Assembly: GCF_009914755.1 (NCBI RefSeq)
Contig: NC_060942.1
DNA: 64,000 nucleotides
Strand: one strand, 5' to 3'
DNA from: the human T2T-CHM13v2.0 reference genome, Homo sapiens
Positions 31,990 through 42,849 of this stretch are shown here, piece by piece. The translations under genes were made by a program, and so were the position numbers. Each line of letters begins with the position of its first letter. Within the stretch, counting starts at the first letter, position 1. The notes under the pieces are model-generated. The model saw only the letters and a program-made list of their open reading frames with translations. It was not told the DNA's origin and did not search any database.

Positions 31990-32379
31990 ATCTAGAGGAT
32001 TCATTCAAAGAGTTAAATAACAAAGAAAGTAGAGCTAGAAGTTCGTCTGGAAGGAGCGGAAGTGTCGTGGAATTATTATTTTAAGATCAGGCATAAGTGT
32101 GTATGTGTGGCAGGGAGGGAGATCACGGAGAGGGAGAGGTTAAAGATGTGGGTGAGGCTGCTAAATAGGGATAAGGGTTTCTTTTCCCTTGAAACCAGAG
32201 GAAAGGGAGATAGACGCGTTATAGAGTCGCCTTGAAAACACTCGGATGTTAAGAGAGACTGGGTGTTATGAGGGCGATCTATATAAGGGGGGAGGAACCA
32301 GGAACTTGGCTGTGGCCTGGGAATAGGGAGAACCGTGAATTTTTCTTGAAAACGAAGGGGGTCGCCCGTGAGCAGCGAG

Positions 32380-34330
32380 GAGAGCGGTGGGAGGCAGCGC
32401 CGAGTCTTGCCGCTCCCGCCTGGCAGGGGCGGGCAGGACGCAAACCTTCCTTCCCAGTCCCTCGGTTACCAGGGCATCCCCGGCTCTCTGCAATTCGGGA
32501 ACCTTGCCAGAAGGGCTCCCACCTCCCCAAGCCCCCGCGGCCCCACAAGGTCCAATTAGGGCTTTCGGCGGCCTAACTGGGGAGAGGCCGTGGTGATGCA
32601 GAGGTTTAACCAGCATCCGCCGGGAGCCCCGGGGTCCAGGCCCGGCGCTGGAGTCCCGCAGCGAAGCCTCGCAGCCCCCACGCCTCTCGACTCTAGGCTT
32701 GTGCCCTAAAAGCGGCCTGGGTTCCCTGGCGCACCCTCCTCTTTCTTAGCTTCTTTGTCCCTAAGGGAAACCTCCCCGTACCCTCAGGTGGGGCTCCCGG
32801 TCACTGCCACCACCCCTCTTGCTGCCGAAGCCGGCTCCCTGGCCACCTGGTGCCCTGCCGGGGTATTCCAAATCTGGGCAGCAGAAGCCGGCCGCCGCCG
32901 CCTTCATCTGGAAAGGCTTAAGCCTTCTCCGGGTGGGGAAGAAGTCAGAAGGCCGCCTGTCTCCCCGTCCCCCAACCCCCCAACTCCCCAACTCGGTCCT
33001 CCAGGCTCCGAGGGGTGCAGCTCGGCCCTGGGCCGCGGGGCGCACGTGCAGCAGAGTCCGGCCGCCGGGCCTCCCCGCCCCGCCTCCGCCGCCGGCCTTT
33101 GGCGCAGGGCTGCGGATGCCCCGCGAGCCGTCTCTTTTGCACTTTCCCGGCTGCGGTCCGGTCGTTCGGGGCAGCCCGGCCGGGGGTAGAGGACCCGGAG
33201 GAGGGGAGGAGCCGGAGGGAGAGGGGAAGGAGGGGGCCCGCCGGCCCCGCCCCCGCCCCGCCCCCCGCGGCCGGAGCCCGGGCTGCAGCCCGGCGCGCCT
33301 GAGCCTGCGAGCCCGCGAGCCAGCGAGCTGCGGCTGCGGCCTCCCCTGCGCGCAGCTACCCGGGCGTCCCGGCCCGCGGCCCCGCTAACCCCGGGGCCCG
33401 CGCCCCCGCGGCAGGGATGCATCATGGCCACGCTGGCTTGCCGGGTGCAGTTCTTGGACGACACGGACCCTTTCAACAGCACCAACTTCCCCGAGCCCAG
33501 CCGGCCGCCGCTGTTCACGTTCCGCGAGGACCTCGCGCTCGGCACCCAGCTGGCGGGGGTCCATAGGCTGCTGCAGGCGCCGCACAAGGTACGACCCGGC
33601 GGGGTGGGCTGGGCCCCCTGGACTCAGCCCCCTGCCGCGGTGCGCGCCGGGGTGGGTCCCGGGGCTTCGTGGGCCCCCTGGGCTGGGCTGGGCGCGGCCC
33701 GGGGGGACCATCGCTCGAGGGCAAATCCCCCTCCCCGTTAGACAGAAGGGCTCGAGGCACCCGCTGGTTGGCGCAGGACCCTCCGGGGCGGGCGGGAAGG
33801 AACAGCTAGAGCCGGGGGCGGGCGTGGCAGAGCAGGTGCCGAGCCGGTCCGAGGCGGGATGGAGAAGGCTCCCCCGAGCCGCGCCGTTAGCTCGGCCGGG
33901 TGGGCGGGGTGGGGCTAGGACGCGGGCAGTCGGCCTCGGCACTCGGGCGGGCACCAAGCGGGGCGCGGGAAGAAGCGGAGCGCCGCGAGACTCAGGTCCC
34001 TTGGAGAGGAGAGCTCTGAGCGACGGCCGGGACAAAACCTCCCTCAGGCCTCTGGGGCCGCTGCGGGCGGCCACGCGACCCTCGCGACAAAGCACGCTTC
34101 CCGGCGACACCGCCTCCTCCTTCCCCCGGGGGCGCCGCCGGGGACGCCGGCCGCACACTGCGATAGCGCTCAGGGTATCCCCCTTTTCTTCTGAGAAGCA
34201 GGTGGCCTTGGGAACCTCGGAAGAGCAGTCGCTGTGGGAGGAGGGGCGGGGGCGCGGAGGGGCGGCGCGCTCACAAAGCCTCAGCTTGGCAGCCCGAAAT
34301 GAGTGTCCCCTGGGAAGAATGGCTGCTCAG
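32380..34330. promoter_or_regulatory. FHOD3: CpG-island promoter of FHOD3 with clustered Sp1/KLF GC boxes (~33245-33268)
   Basis: Very high GC and CpG density around exon 1; tandem CCCCGCCC motifs upstream of the presumed TSS near 33300. Confidence 0.93.
33424..33588 (+). CDS. FHOD3: Formin homology 2 domain-containing 3, coding part of exon 1
   Basis: ATCATGG strong Kozak; MATLACRVQFLDDTDPFNSTNFPEPSRPPLFTFREDLALGTQLAGVHRLLQAPHK is the FHOD N-terminal GBD start; donor AAG|GTACGA. No exon 2 recognised in the window. Confidence 0.97.
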
Positions 34331-36319
34331 TCTACCCGTTAGAGAGGTTTTTTTTTTTTATTTGTTATTTTTATTTAAATAAAACCTTTTGCAGGAGGAT
34401 AGGCCTCTTGCAAAGCATTTGTTGCAAAGAGGTGGGTATTGAAAGCTAATCATTTCGTTACCTAGGAAAACCCTTACTCTCACTTAGACAGATTGAATGC
34501 AGCTTGCAAAATTACCTTCCCAGTATTTTTTCTGCCTAGGATTCATATCAAAGCTTGGAGATGATTTATTTCTTGAGGGTCGACATTAACACATATTTGG
34601 AAGAGATAAGCGTTGATACCCAAAAGAACAAAATTGATTTAAAAAAAAATCCTCGGATTTCTGTATGATGTTGACCTGCTTTGCAAGTAGAGGAGGAGGT
34701 TGGTTGTGTGAGGAAACTGGTGGACTTTAGCAGTGGTAGTTTCCTCTCTATTAATGTATCAGTGCTTTCCTCCTCTACTTAATTAGTAACGTTTTCAGGA
34801 ATAAGGAATGGGGCATTTCCATCTCATTCTCTCCTGGTTGGTTCAGGACGGATACAGTCGTGGAAACCTCTCTGGCCACAAAAGCACATTTGATTGGGAG
34901 ACAGAGGGTCGTCATCATCCAGAGTGATGTATTCTGGATTCAGCTGATCAGAATCACTTTTGTAAATTATTTGGTTCTTCTCAATTAGTTGATTCAGTGA
35001 AAAGTTTTCAAAGAGCTTCTTCTACATCATGATTATTCAGGCCACTACGGTCTCTGATTACAGTGATCTTTTGTTGAAACCACCAAAGGCTCATAATTGT
35101 GGCCCTGTGACCTTGAAGTGGTTTCCTTGGATTTCAAACCTTATATACATGGGTTGACCTTTCAAGCTGGGAGCTGCAGTATGTTTTCATGTTTCCATGG
35201 AACAGCCCCACAGTCTTGATCCTGGTCTGGTAGGAGAAAATCCTGATGCTCCTCCACTGCCCCCCTCCTCACCCCCAACTAGAAGCCCCAGCAGAGCAGT
35301 TGCACTGGCTTGCAGAACTTTCTAAGGTGTCCCTTATGGAATGAACAGAACCAAAAGTGGTTCTACAGAGACCCTTGACCTTTGTTTTGGGGGCCAGCCA
35401 GCCTCAGTCTCAGAATCTTTTGCCCGAAGACCCCTGCAGTATATTTAGATGTCTGGCATTGTTTTTCCCATCTACAGCAGAGTGAGCAACCGACTTTATT
35501 GATGAGGGTTCTGTAAAGCAGAAGTCAGGGCATTTATGTGCCTGGGTATACATTCATATTGTTAAGATGATACTAATTTCCATCAGAGAATCTTAAAATT
35601 GGATGATCCACCTTGATAGAAACAGCTGGAGTTTCAAGCACTTGGCATGTAGTGTATGCCCCACCCAGGCTCTGAATGCATGGTTTCCTTTCATACTACA
35701 CAGCTCCATAAGGTAGGGGCTTTGATTGTCCCTATTTTAGAGATGAGGAAAGTGAGGGAGAGTGACTAAATGACCCACTTTTTGTGCTAGAAGTGGGGAA
35801 CTGAGATTCAAACCAGCCCTGTGTGACTCAGGGCGTCGGTGCTGTTCTGTTCTGGGAACCAGGTATATGGCTGTGGACAGAAGCCATGCCTCCCGGGCTT
35901 CTCTTCCATTAACTGGAGGGGTTCACCCGGTCACCTTCAAGGGCCAAGCACTTTTAGGCCTGGGGACAGGTGAATGTTATAAATGAGTAAAAGCCTTGAG
36001 GCAGAATTCCTGGCCTGACACAGAGTGCATAGTCAGAAGTGGTAACATATAGTTATCAACTCTGCTGTGAATTAGCTATTGAGGGGTCTGTTGACCTGGG
36101 TGAGCTATCATCCCAGGACCCTGCCACCAGTGAGGCTTTTTGGGCCACAGGGCGTGCTTCTTCCGGGTCCCACAGAGCCTGGTATTGACAAGAAGTGGAG
36201 TTCTGTGCAGCGAGCGCATTCTCAGTGGTACAAAGAGGGGAGAAGCATGAGCGTGGGACAGGCAGACACTCAGAGTGCTCTCAGCTCTCCTGCACATTCA
36301 AGCCCCTGAAGGAGTCAAC

Positions 36320-36629
36320 TTTTTTTTTTTCTCTTTCTTTTTTGTGACAGGGTCTCACTCTTGTCACCTAGGCTGGAGTGCAGTGGTGTGATCATGGCTC
36401 ACTGTAACCTTGACCTCCCTGGGCTCAGGTGATCCCTCCCACCTCAGCCTCCTGTGTTGCTGGGACTATAGGCATGCACCACCACACCTTGCTAATTTTT
36501 TTATTTTTTGTAGACATGGGGTTTCACCATGTTACCCAGGCTGGTCTTAAACTCCTGAGCTCAAAGTGATCTGCCCACCTCGGCCTCCCAAAGTTCTGGG
36601 ATTACAGGTGTGAGCCACCGTGCCTGGCT
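36320..36629 (-). mobile_element. AluJ-like
   Basis: Antisense Alu with J motifs. Confidence 0.92.
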
Positions 36630-37907
36630 GGGAGTAAACTTTTGACTGAAGTGGTCACATATACAAAAAAGTGTACAGGGTATAAGTGTGCAGTTGGGTG
36701 AATCTTCTTAAAGTAAATGTACCTGTGTAGGCAGCGCTGAGAAGGCCCCCTCAGAGGGTCCTAATTTTTAAAGCTCTCCTAGGGATTCTCCTGTGCTGGC
36801 AACCTTTGAACTGGACAACCTGTCAGGCCTTTCCTGGCTGAAACTTGAGTGTGGACATCTTTTCTTAACCTAATGATGTAGTAACTTAGTTCACGTCTGC
36901 TGACTCCATTAGAAGTTGAAGTTGTTCATTTAATAAAATTGTCATCTTATGCAAAAATAAGAGATTGTGCTTATTATGCTTTATCATTTTTTATTTCTTA
37001 AACTGATACATTATTTTAAAAAACTTCATCTGCTTATAGTAGTTCTAGGGAATATGATTAAATAAACATTAGTTTTCTAACAAAAAGTTCAAATCAGGTG
37101 CCATATTCTCATTGGGGAGATGTTCATTTTGATGGTTATATGTTCTAGGTTGGGCTAAGCAAGACATTTAGTTTTTGTTTTGAAATGCTGCAAAAGTAAA
37201 TGTTTATTTCTGGCTTAATATTTTAAAAGAAAAATGGTAATTATAGGAGTTCTAATTTAGAAAAACCTCTGCAGTAGCATTCATAGAATCATAGTCCTTT
37301 TAAAGCTTAAAATGTGTTTGGATTGATTTGTGCTACTGGCATTTAATGATCTAAGGATTCTTTTTTCACTTTGATAGCCAACACTGGAACTGTAGAATAT
37401 TTTTACAAAACACTGGTGACTTTTTTAGTGTACATGTTAAAATGACAATTATTACTTAATGATTTAATTCAGGAAATGTTTTGTTGCCCGGAGTGAGCTG
37501 GACAGAGTGGAGTTATAATAGCTGTCATGTCCTAGGCATTTGCCTGAGCTGAGAACCATCCTAGAGGGACATCAGCTTACCAAGCCCATGGCCATTCGAG
37601 GGCCAAGTACTGATACTGTTGCAGCTCATAGAAGGAGAGACCAAGATTGGAAGGAAGTCACCTGGTCACATGAGTGAGAAGTTCCGAGTTGGCATGTGAC
37701 AGCAGGTCTAAGCTCTTAAGGACTCCACTTTTGTGTCCTGAATGTTCTCCTTCCAGGCAGCCTGTCCACATTTCAGCGTGCATCCTCTCATTGGATTAGC
37801 CTTGAGTGTACTGTGTTCATTCCTTTCTCACTACCCTTGTCTTTGTGGTTGCCTCGCTGCCTCAGCTATCCCATCTGTAAACAGCTGATTGCAGTGAGGA
37901 TAGAATC

Positions 37908-38068
37908 TAGCTACTCCAAGTGTGAGCTGTGTATCACCTGGGCTGTATTAGAAATGCACACTCAGGTGCTGCCACCGCCCCTCCCCCCCGACCTGCTGAA
38001 TCAGAACACATGCTTCACCAAGATGGCCTGGTGATTTTTGTGCACACTGCAGTCTGAACAGCATGGAT
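37908..38068. mobile_element. MER5-like hAT-Charlie
   Basis: ATCACCTGGG...TTAGAAATGCA...GACCTGCTGAATCAGAA...GGTGATTTTTGTGCACAC. Confidence 0.7.
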
Positions 38069-38464
38069 TACAGGTGATTTAGGTCAGGCTCTCAGTACAT
38101 GGGGGTTCTCACTGTCTCCCCTGTTCTCAGATAACTTCCCTGAGGGAGAAGACCTGGCTGTTCAGTTCTCTGGTGTTTCCCTCGAAGCTAAGTAGTGCTA
38201 AGATAGAATGTGCACTAAGTTGATTGATTGGTGTTAGTTTTAGAACACAAATCCACTGGTATTATTGCACTAATGAATTTCCACCTTAATCCTCTTAAGG
38301 GACACATCTGTTTGCTACATTACATTAAGATTTTTAAAAGATGAGATCATTAGTAAACTTGGAAAGTGTGTTGTGTCATAGTATCTTAGGACAACACTGT
38401 TTTAAGAATGTTGTATGAACAGCTAAGAGTGTCTCCATGTAAGCAGAATCAAATCTGACTCCAC

Positions 38465-38650
38465 TGTAATTAGCTCAGTTGGTTGGAGCCTTGCTATTGA
38501 GATCAGGATCATGGGATTGAACCCTTCATGGGTCAGTTGGCTTTGTTTCATGCATGGCCACAGACCATATCGGTAACCTAGCCAGACATCCAGCAGGTGC
38601 TGTCATGGCCTCTTGCAACGATCTGGGTTGGAATAGACTGGCATCAATCT
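38465..38650 (+). mobile_element. tRNA-derived ancient SINE (MamSINE1-like)
   Basis: TTAGCTCAGTTGGTTGGAGC A-box, degenerate B-box GGATTGAACCC, tRNA-Ile-like head continuing into GGCCACAGAC...TAACCTAGCCAG body. Confidence 0.6.
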
Positions 38651-38689
38651 TTGGGAAGGAAGGGGCTGCTATGTCATGAACTTATGCTG

Positions 38690-38870
38690 GAGGCTGCACT
38701 GTAGGTCTCCATGTATAGCTTTATTTATCCTCACAACAACTCTAGCAGGCAGGCAGATGAGGAATCCCCAATTAACAGATGGGGAAACTGAGGCACAGGA
38801 GGTTAAGCAGGTTGCCTACGGCTATACTGCGTTTAAGTGAAGGAGCTAAGATTTAAGGTCATCTTTTTTT
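38690..38870 (-). mobile_element. MIR
   Basis: ACAGATGGGGAAACTGAGGCACAGGAGGTTAAG. Confidence 0.75.
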
Positions 38871-39549
38871 TTCCTCCAAATCCTATTGTTAACTCTGTCC
38901 CATTATTAGAAAATCAGCAAAGCCCATGCTCTCTGTGCAGATGGGGGTGGGGTAGGGTTGACTGCATTGCCTTTGCATGCGGCTGCCTGTCACAGTGCTG
39001 TGATTTAAGTGGTTGTGCTCTGGCAAGTCCTCCCAGGGTTGATGCTCTGTGTCTATGCGTTTTGTCCTCGGACTCCAACCTGAGTCCCTCTGGAAAACAA
39101 CAGGACTGCCATTGCCCTCCCACTCTGGACTCTGAAATGTTAGTTCTTAATAGTGTCGACTTTAAAACAGATTAACATGCTGAGGCCAACTCAGGAACAG
39201 CCCTCCCCCACCCTCCTTTTCTCTCCATATTTTATCTCTCTCTGACGATGATACTTTTGAACACTTGGGAACTTTTCTGTCTTCAGAGGACAGCAATCAC
39301 CTGCTCCAGGCAACCTCCACACCTCATCTCTCAATAACACTGCTGTTGCCTGTGGCTGGCTTAGAGGCATAGCTGGGTCCTCCTCTGCTGGCCATTTTCA
39401 GAGTCTTGGGTTTGTCAGCATCTGCTCCATTAGAGAGACAATCAGAAGATTTTTGGGGGTGAAGGGGGAGCTGGGGGACTGTTTCTGAGCTTTGTTCTGA
39501 ACTAAGTTAGAAAGAATGGGGAAAATTAAGTTACAGTGAATGTTAAGCT

Positions 39550-40030
39550 TTGCCAATCAGCGCAATCCAGATTGTGAGAAATTACAGTTTCTCCAACAAA
39601 TAAATTGCAAAAGAAAGAAAAAGGTGGAAGGAAACCTTAGATGAAAAGAGATTAAAGAGATACATCAACCAAAGGTAATATGTGGCTGTGATTGAATGCT
39701 GATTCAAATACATTATAAAATAAATATTTGAGATCACTTGAACATGTGAGCAGTGATGTTTAATATTAAAATTATTAACTTTAAAGTGTGATAATAGTAT
39801 TGTGGTTAGGTTTAAGTAACAGTTTATGGCTTTCAGAGATACATACTGAAATTATATGATGTCTAGAATTTGCTTCAGAATAATTCCAGATAAGAGACAA
39901 GTAGGTGAGTCAATATATGGATGGAACAGGATAGACTGTGAGTTAAAGTTGGATTATAGGTATGTGGGGAGGGCTCATGATACTACTTTCTATACTTGTG
40001 CATATACTGAAATATTTTAATAAAAGAGCT
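39550..40030 (+). mobile_element. L1MC/MD 3' end fragment
   Basis: TGTGATAATAGTATTGTGGTTA, GAGATACATACTGAAAT and ATGATGTCTAGAATTTGCTTCA. Confidence 0.65.
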
Positions 40031-40872
40031 AAAAAAATTAGGTTACAATTCCAATAGTCCCCTTGGGATCAGAGCTCTTTCATTAAGTGTTACTGTATGA
40101 TCTGAGTGTGTTTTCTATGGCTGAGATAGCTAACCATCAGTGGATTTTTTTTTTCATACCTCCAATGATACTTTTCTTCCCACCCTGATTGTTGTGTTCT
40201 CCTTAGAATCTTAGAAAAACAAGTGTAGGGCATCTGTCTTTTTATGTTCAGGGTGTCTTTCTAGGCTCAATCAATTCCCATGATGAAGTAAACAATTGTC
40301 AGTTACATAAACTATTAGCTTAGTAAGCGAAATGCTAAGGTAGAGATATTATACCTGTGGTTTCAGTATATGCTCCTAAATTTTTATTACTAAACTGTGA
40401 AGTTGCTAAGGCTATAATAAGTGATAACAATATATAAAGGCACTCAGTTTCCTAAGGCTGTTGATGCCCATGACATGCCTGCATAGCCACACTGGGGTGT
40501 TGTCCAGTTCCCAGTGAGCCAGCTCTGCGTCCGCCTTCAGTATGCCTCAGAAGAGGTTCTCAGTTTACAGTGAATGGCAGTGATGCTTTAATGTACATGA
40601 AAATGTAAGTTGTATACCTTGGCACCCTTATAATTACAGTCAACATTGATTTTCTATGGGCAGATAAACTTATTTATGAATTAACTGTTAAAGAGGGAGG
40701 AAGATCAATTATTTTCTGAAAAAAAATTATCACCAATCTGCAAAATATATACCCAGAAGTTTCTCTGTTTTTAGAGACACATAGTAACAAATGGAATCTA
40801 CATTGTATCTATTTACAAACTGGAAACATCCAACTCCTCTTCACCAGTTAGTTTTGTAATCTAGATATTAAA

Positions 40873-41250
40873 ATGTTAGACTCCAAGGAAAAATGTTTAG
40901 AGTTTAATGTTAGAAAAGAAAATCTTAAAATTTTTGATCAACTTGAAAAAAGGGAAAATGTTAAACAACTTGCAGTTCAATATAGAAAGGTATTCCTAGA
41001 CTTGGCAAAAATGAAACAAATTAGTTTCTCTTTGAATATCTTTAACGTTCTTGAAGAAGAGAAAACCAAGAAGGAAACTCCTGTGGTGCTGAGGTGCCTC
41101 ATCATGCACTGATTTTTATAGCAGAGAATGAAATGCCAGAGCTGTAACCAGAGTGTGTGGGACAAGCCCAAGATTTTTTTAAGTTCTCAGAATAGAAGAT
41201 AACCAAGGCATCTTCTGACTGCTTGATCAGAGCCAAAGAGTGGCTTGGGG
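40873..41250 (+). mobile_element. Fossil Tigger/pogo (CENP-B-type) transposase N-terminus
   Basis: KENLKIFDQLEKRENVKQLAVQY (psq-type HTH), in-frame LIMH*FL*QR...DKPKIF, then KASSDCLIRAKEWLG resembling the KASxGWLxRFKxRHG motif. Confidence 0.55.
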
Positions 41251-42533
41251 TGTATAGCAAATGAATTGATGGGCAAACACTACCAGCTTGCATGGCTGGA
41301 CACTGACAGGCTGGAGACTCTGAGTAGTGGGGTGGTCCTTGGGGGAGAAAACGAGGAGGAGGGTCCCTCTGGCTAAACCAGAGCCACACACAGCCTGCAG
41401 CCAATCACTGACCACAATTTTGACTAAAGAAGTTTATACCAATTGCATTTTATATCACTTTAACAATTGTTTGGTTTTATTTATGATTTGAGGTCACCTT
41501 CTTCAACCCTCCCAGAGTCAATGAAAATGAGCATGTGGTGACATTGGGGTTGAGACAAGTCGTTGATAGAATACTGTCCCCCTCCTCTGTCTGTAGTGTG
41601 ATTAAATGAAAGCAAAATGAAATATTGTTAAGGGTGCTACACCCTAGAAACCTAGCTTTTAACCCTTCTGAACAATAAGGAGGAAACTTATTTCTGGGAG
41701 TCTTAGTGGCTGTGGTCCTCTGATTTCATGACATATGTGCTTGCAGCTGGAAGGGCATGGGCGCTGGAGCCCCTGGGAGAGCAGCCAACAGAGAGGACAT
41801 TTGCAGTGTCCAAGTGGTGGAGAGTGTGGAGGGCTCGGAGCACAGTCTACAGTGGCCCCTCTGAGGTGCCTCACTCCCACAGCCTCGAGTGTGTTTCTGG
41901 GCTCTGGGCTCCATTGTCTGTCTAAGGGTTTGTGTGCTGACATTGCACTGTCTTACTCACTGTAGTTTACAGTAGGTCTTGATGATGTCTGGTGGGGTGG
42001 AGGCTTCCTGCTTGCCTTAGAACATAGCCATTAATGGAAAGAGAGGAAAAGTTAGAACCAGATATGTTCCATTCAGTGATCTTAACATAGAGAAACAGGC
42101 TAGGCAACCAACTTGTGTGACCAGCCAAAGAGGAAAGAGACATTTAAAAAATAAGAGTCAGGTCATATCACTCCTCTGCTCCAAACCTCCCTTAGCCCTC
42201 TTGCCATTCAGGGCAAACTCCAAAGTCCTCGAGTAGTTGGTCCACTTCTCCATGAAGGCAGAGTTTTTTGTTTTGTTTTTGTTTTTTTTAAATCTGTTTT
42301 GTTTACTGGTGCAGCCCAAGAGCCTAGAACAGCGTCTGGCACATAGTGAGTGTACAGTAAATATTTACTGAGTGAGAGGATAACCGTGATTTAGAGTTAG
42401 AAGGGAGGAAGAATAGTCTGCTCATCCCAGCCATTTCCTTGCAGAAGTCCCTTGTGTAAAGCCTCTGCTAGGAGCACCTCCTGACTTCTTCATGTATCAT
42501 AGTGACCAGTTGCCCTCCGGCCTTGGAGTGTAG

Positions 42534-42849
<316 letters not shown>

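Noticed and set aside
32279-32290. TATA/CArG-like CTATATAAGG
   Set aside because: About 1 kb upstream of the presumed TSS and one mismatch to CArG; no other support.
32266-34342. Long ORFs (up to 257 aa) on both strands of the CpG island
   Set aside because: Pro/Arg/Gly/Ala-rich with no family resemblance; expected from stop-codon scarcity at high GC. The 105-aa FHOD3 ORF reads into intron 1 after 33588.
38465-38540. Functional tRNA gene
   Set aside because: T-loop/B box degenerate, acceptor stem does not pair, sequence continues into SINE body.
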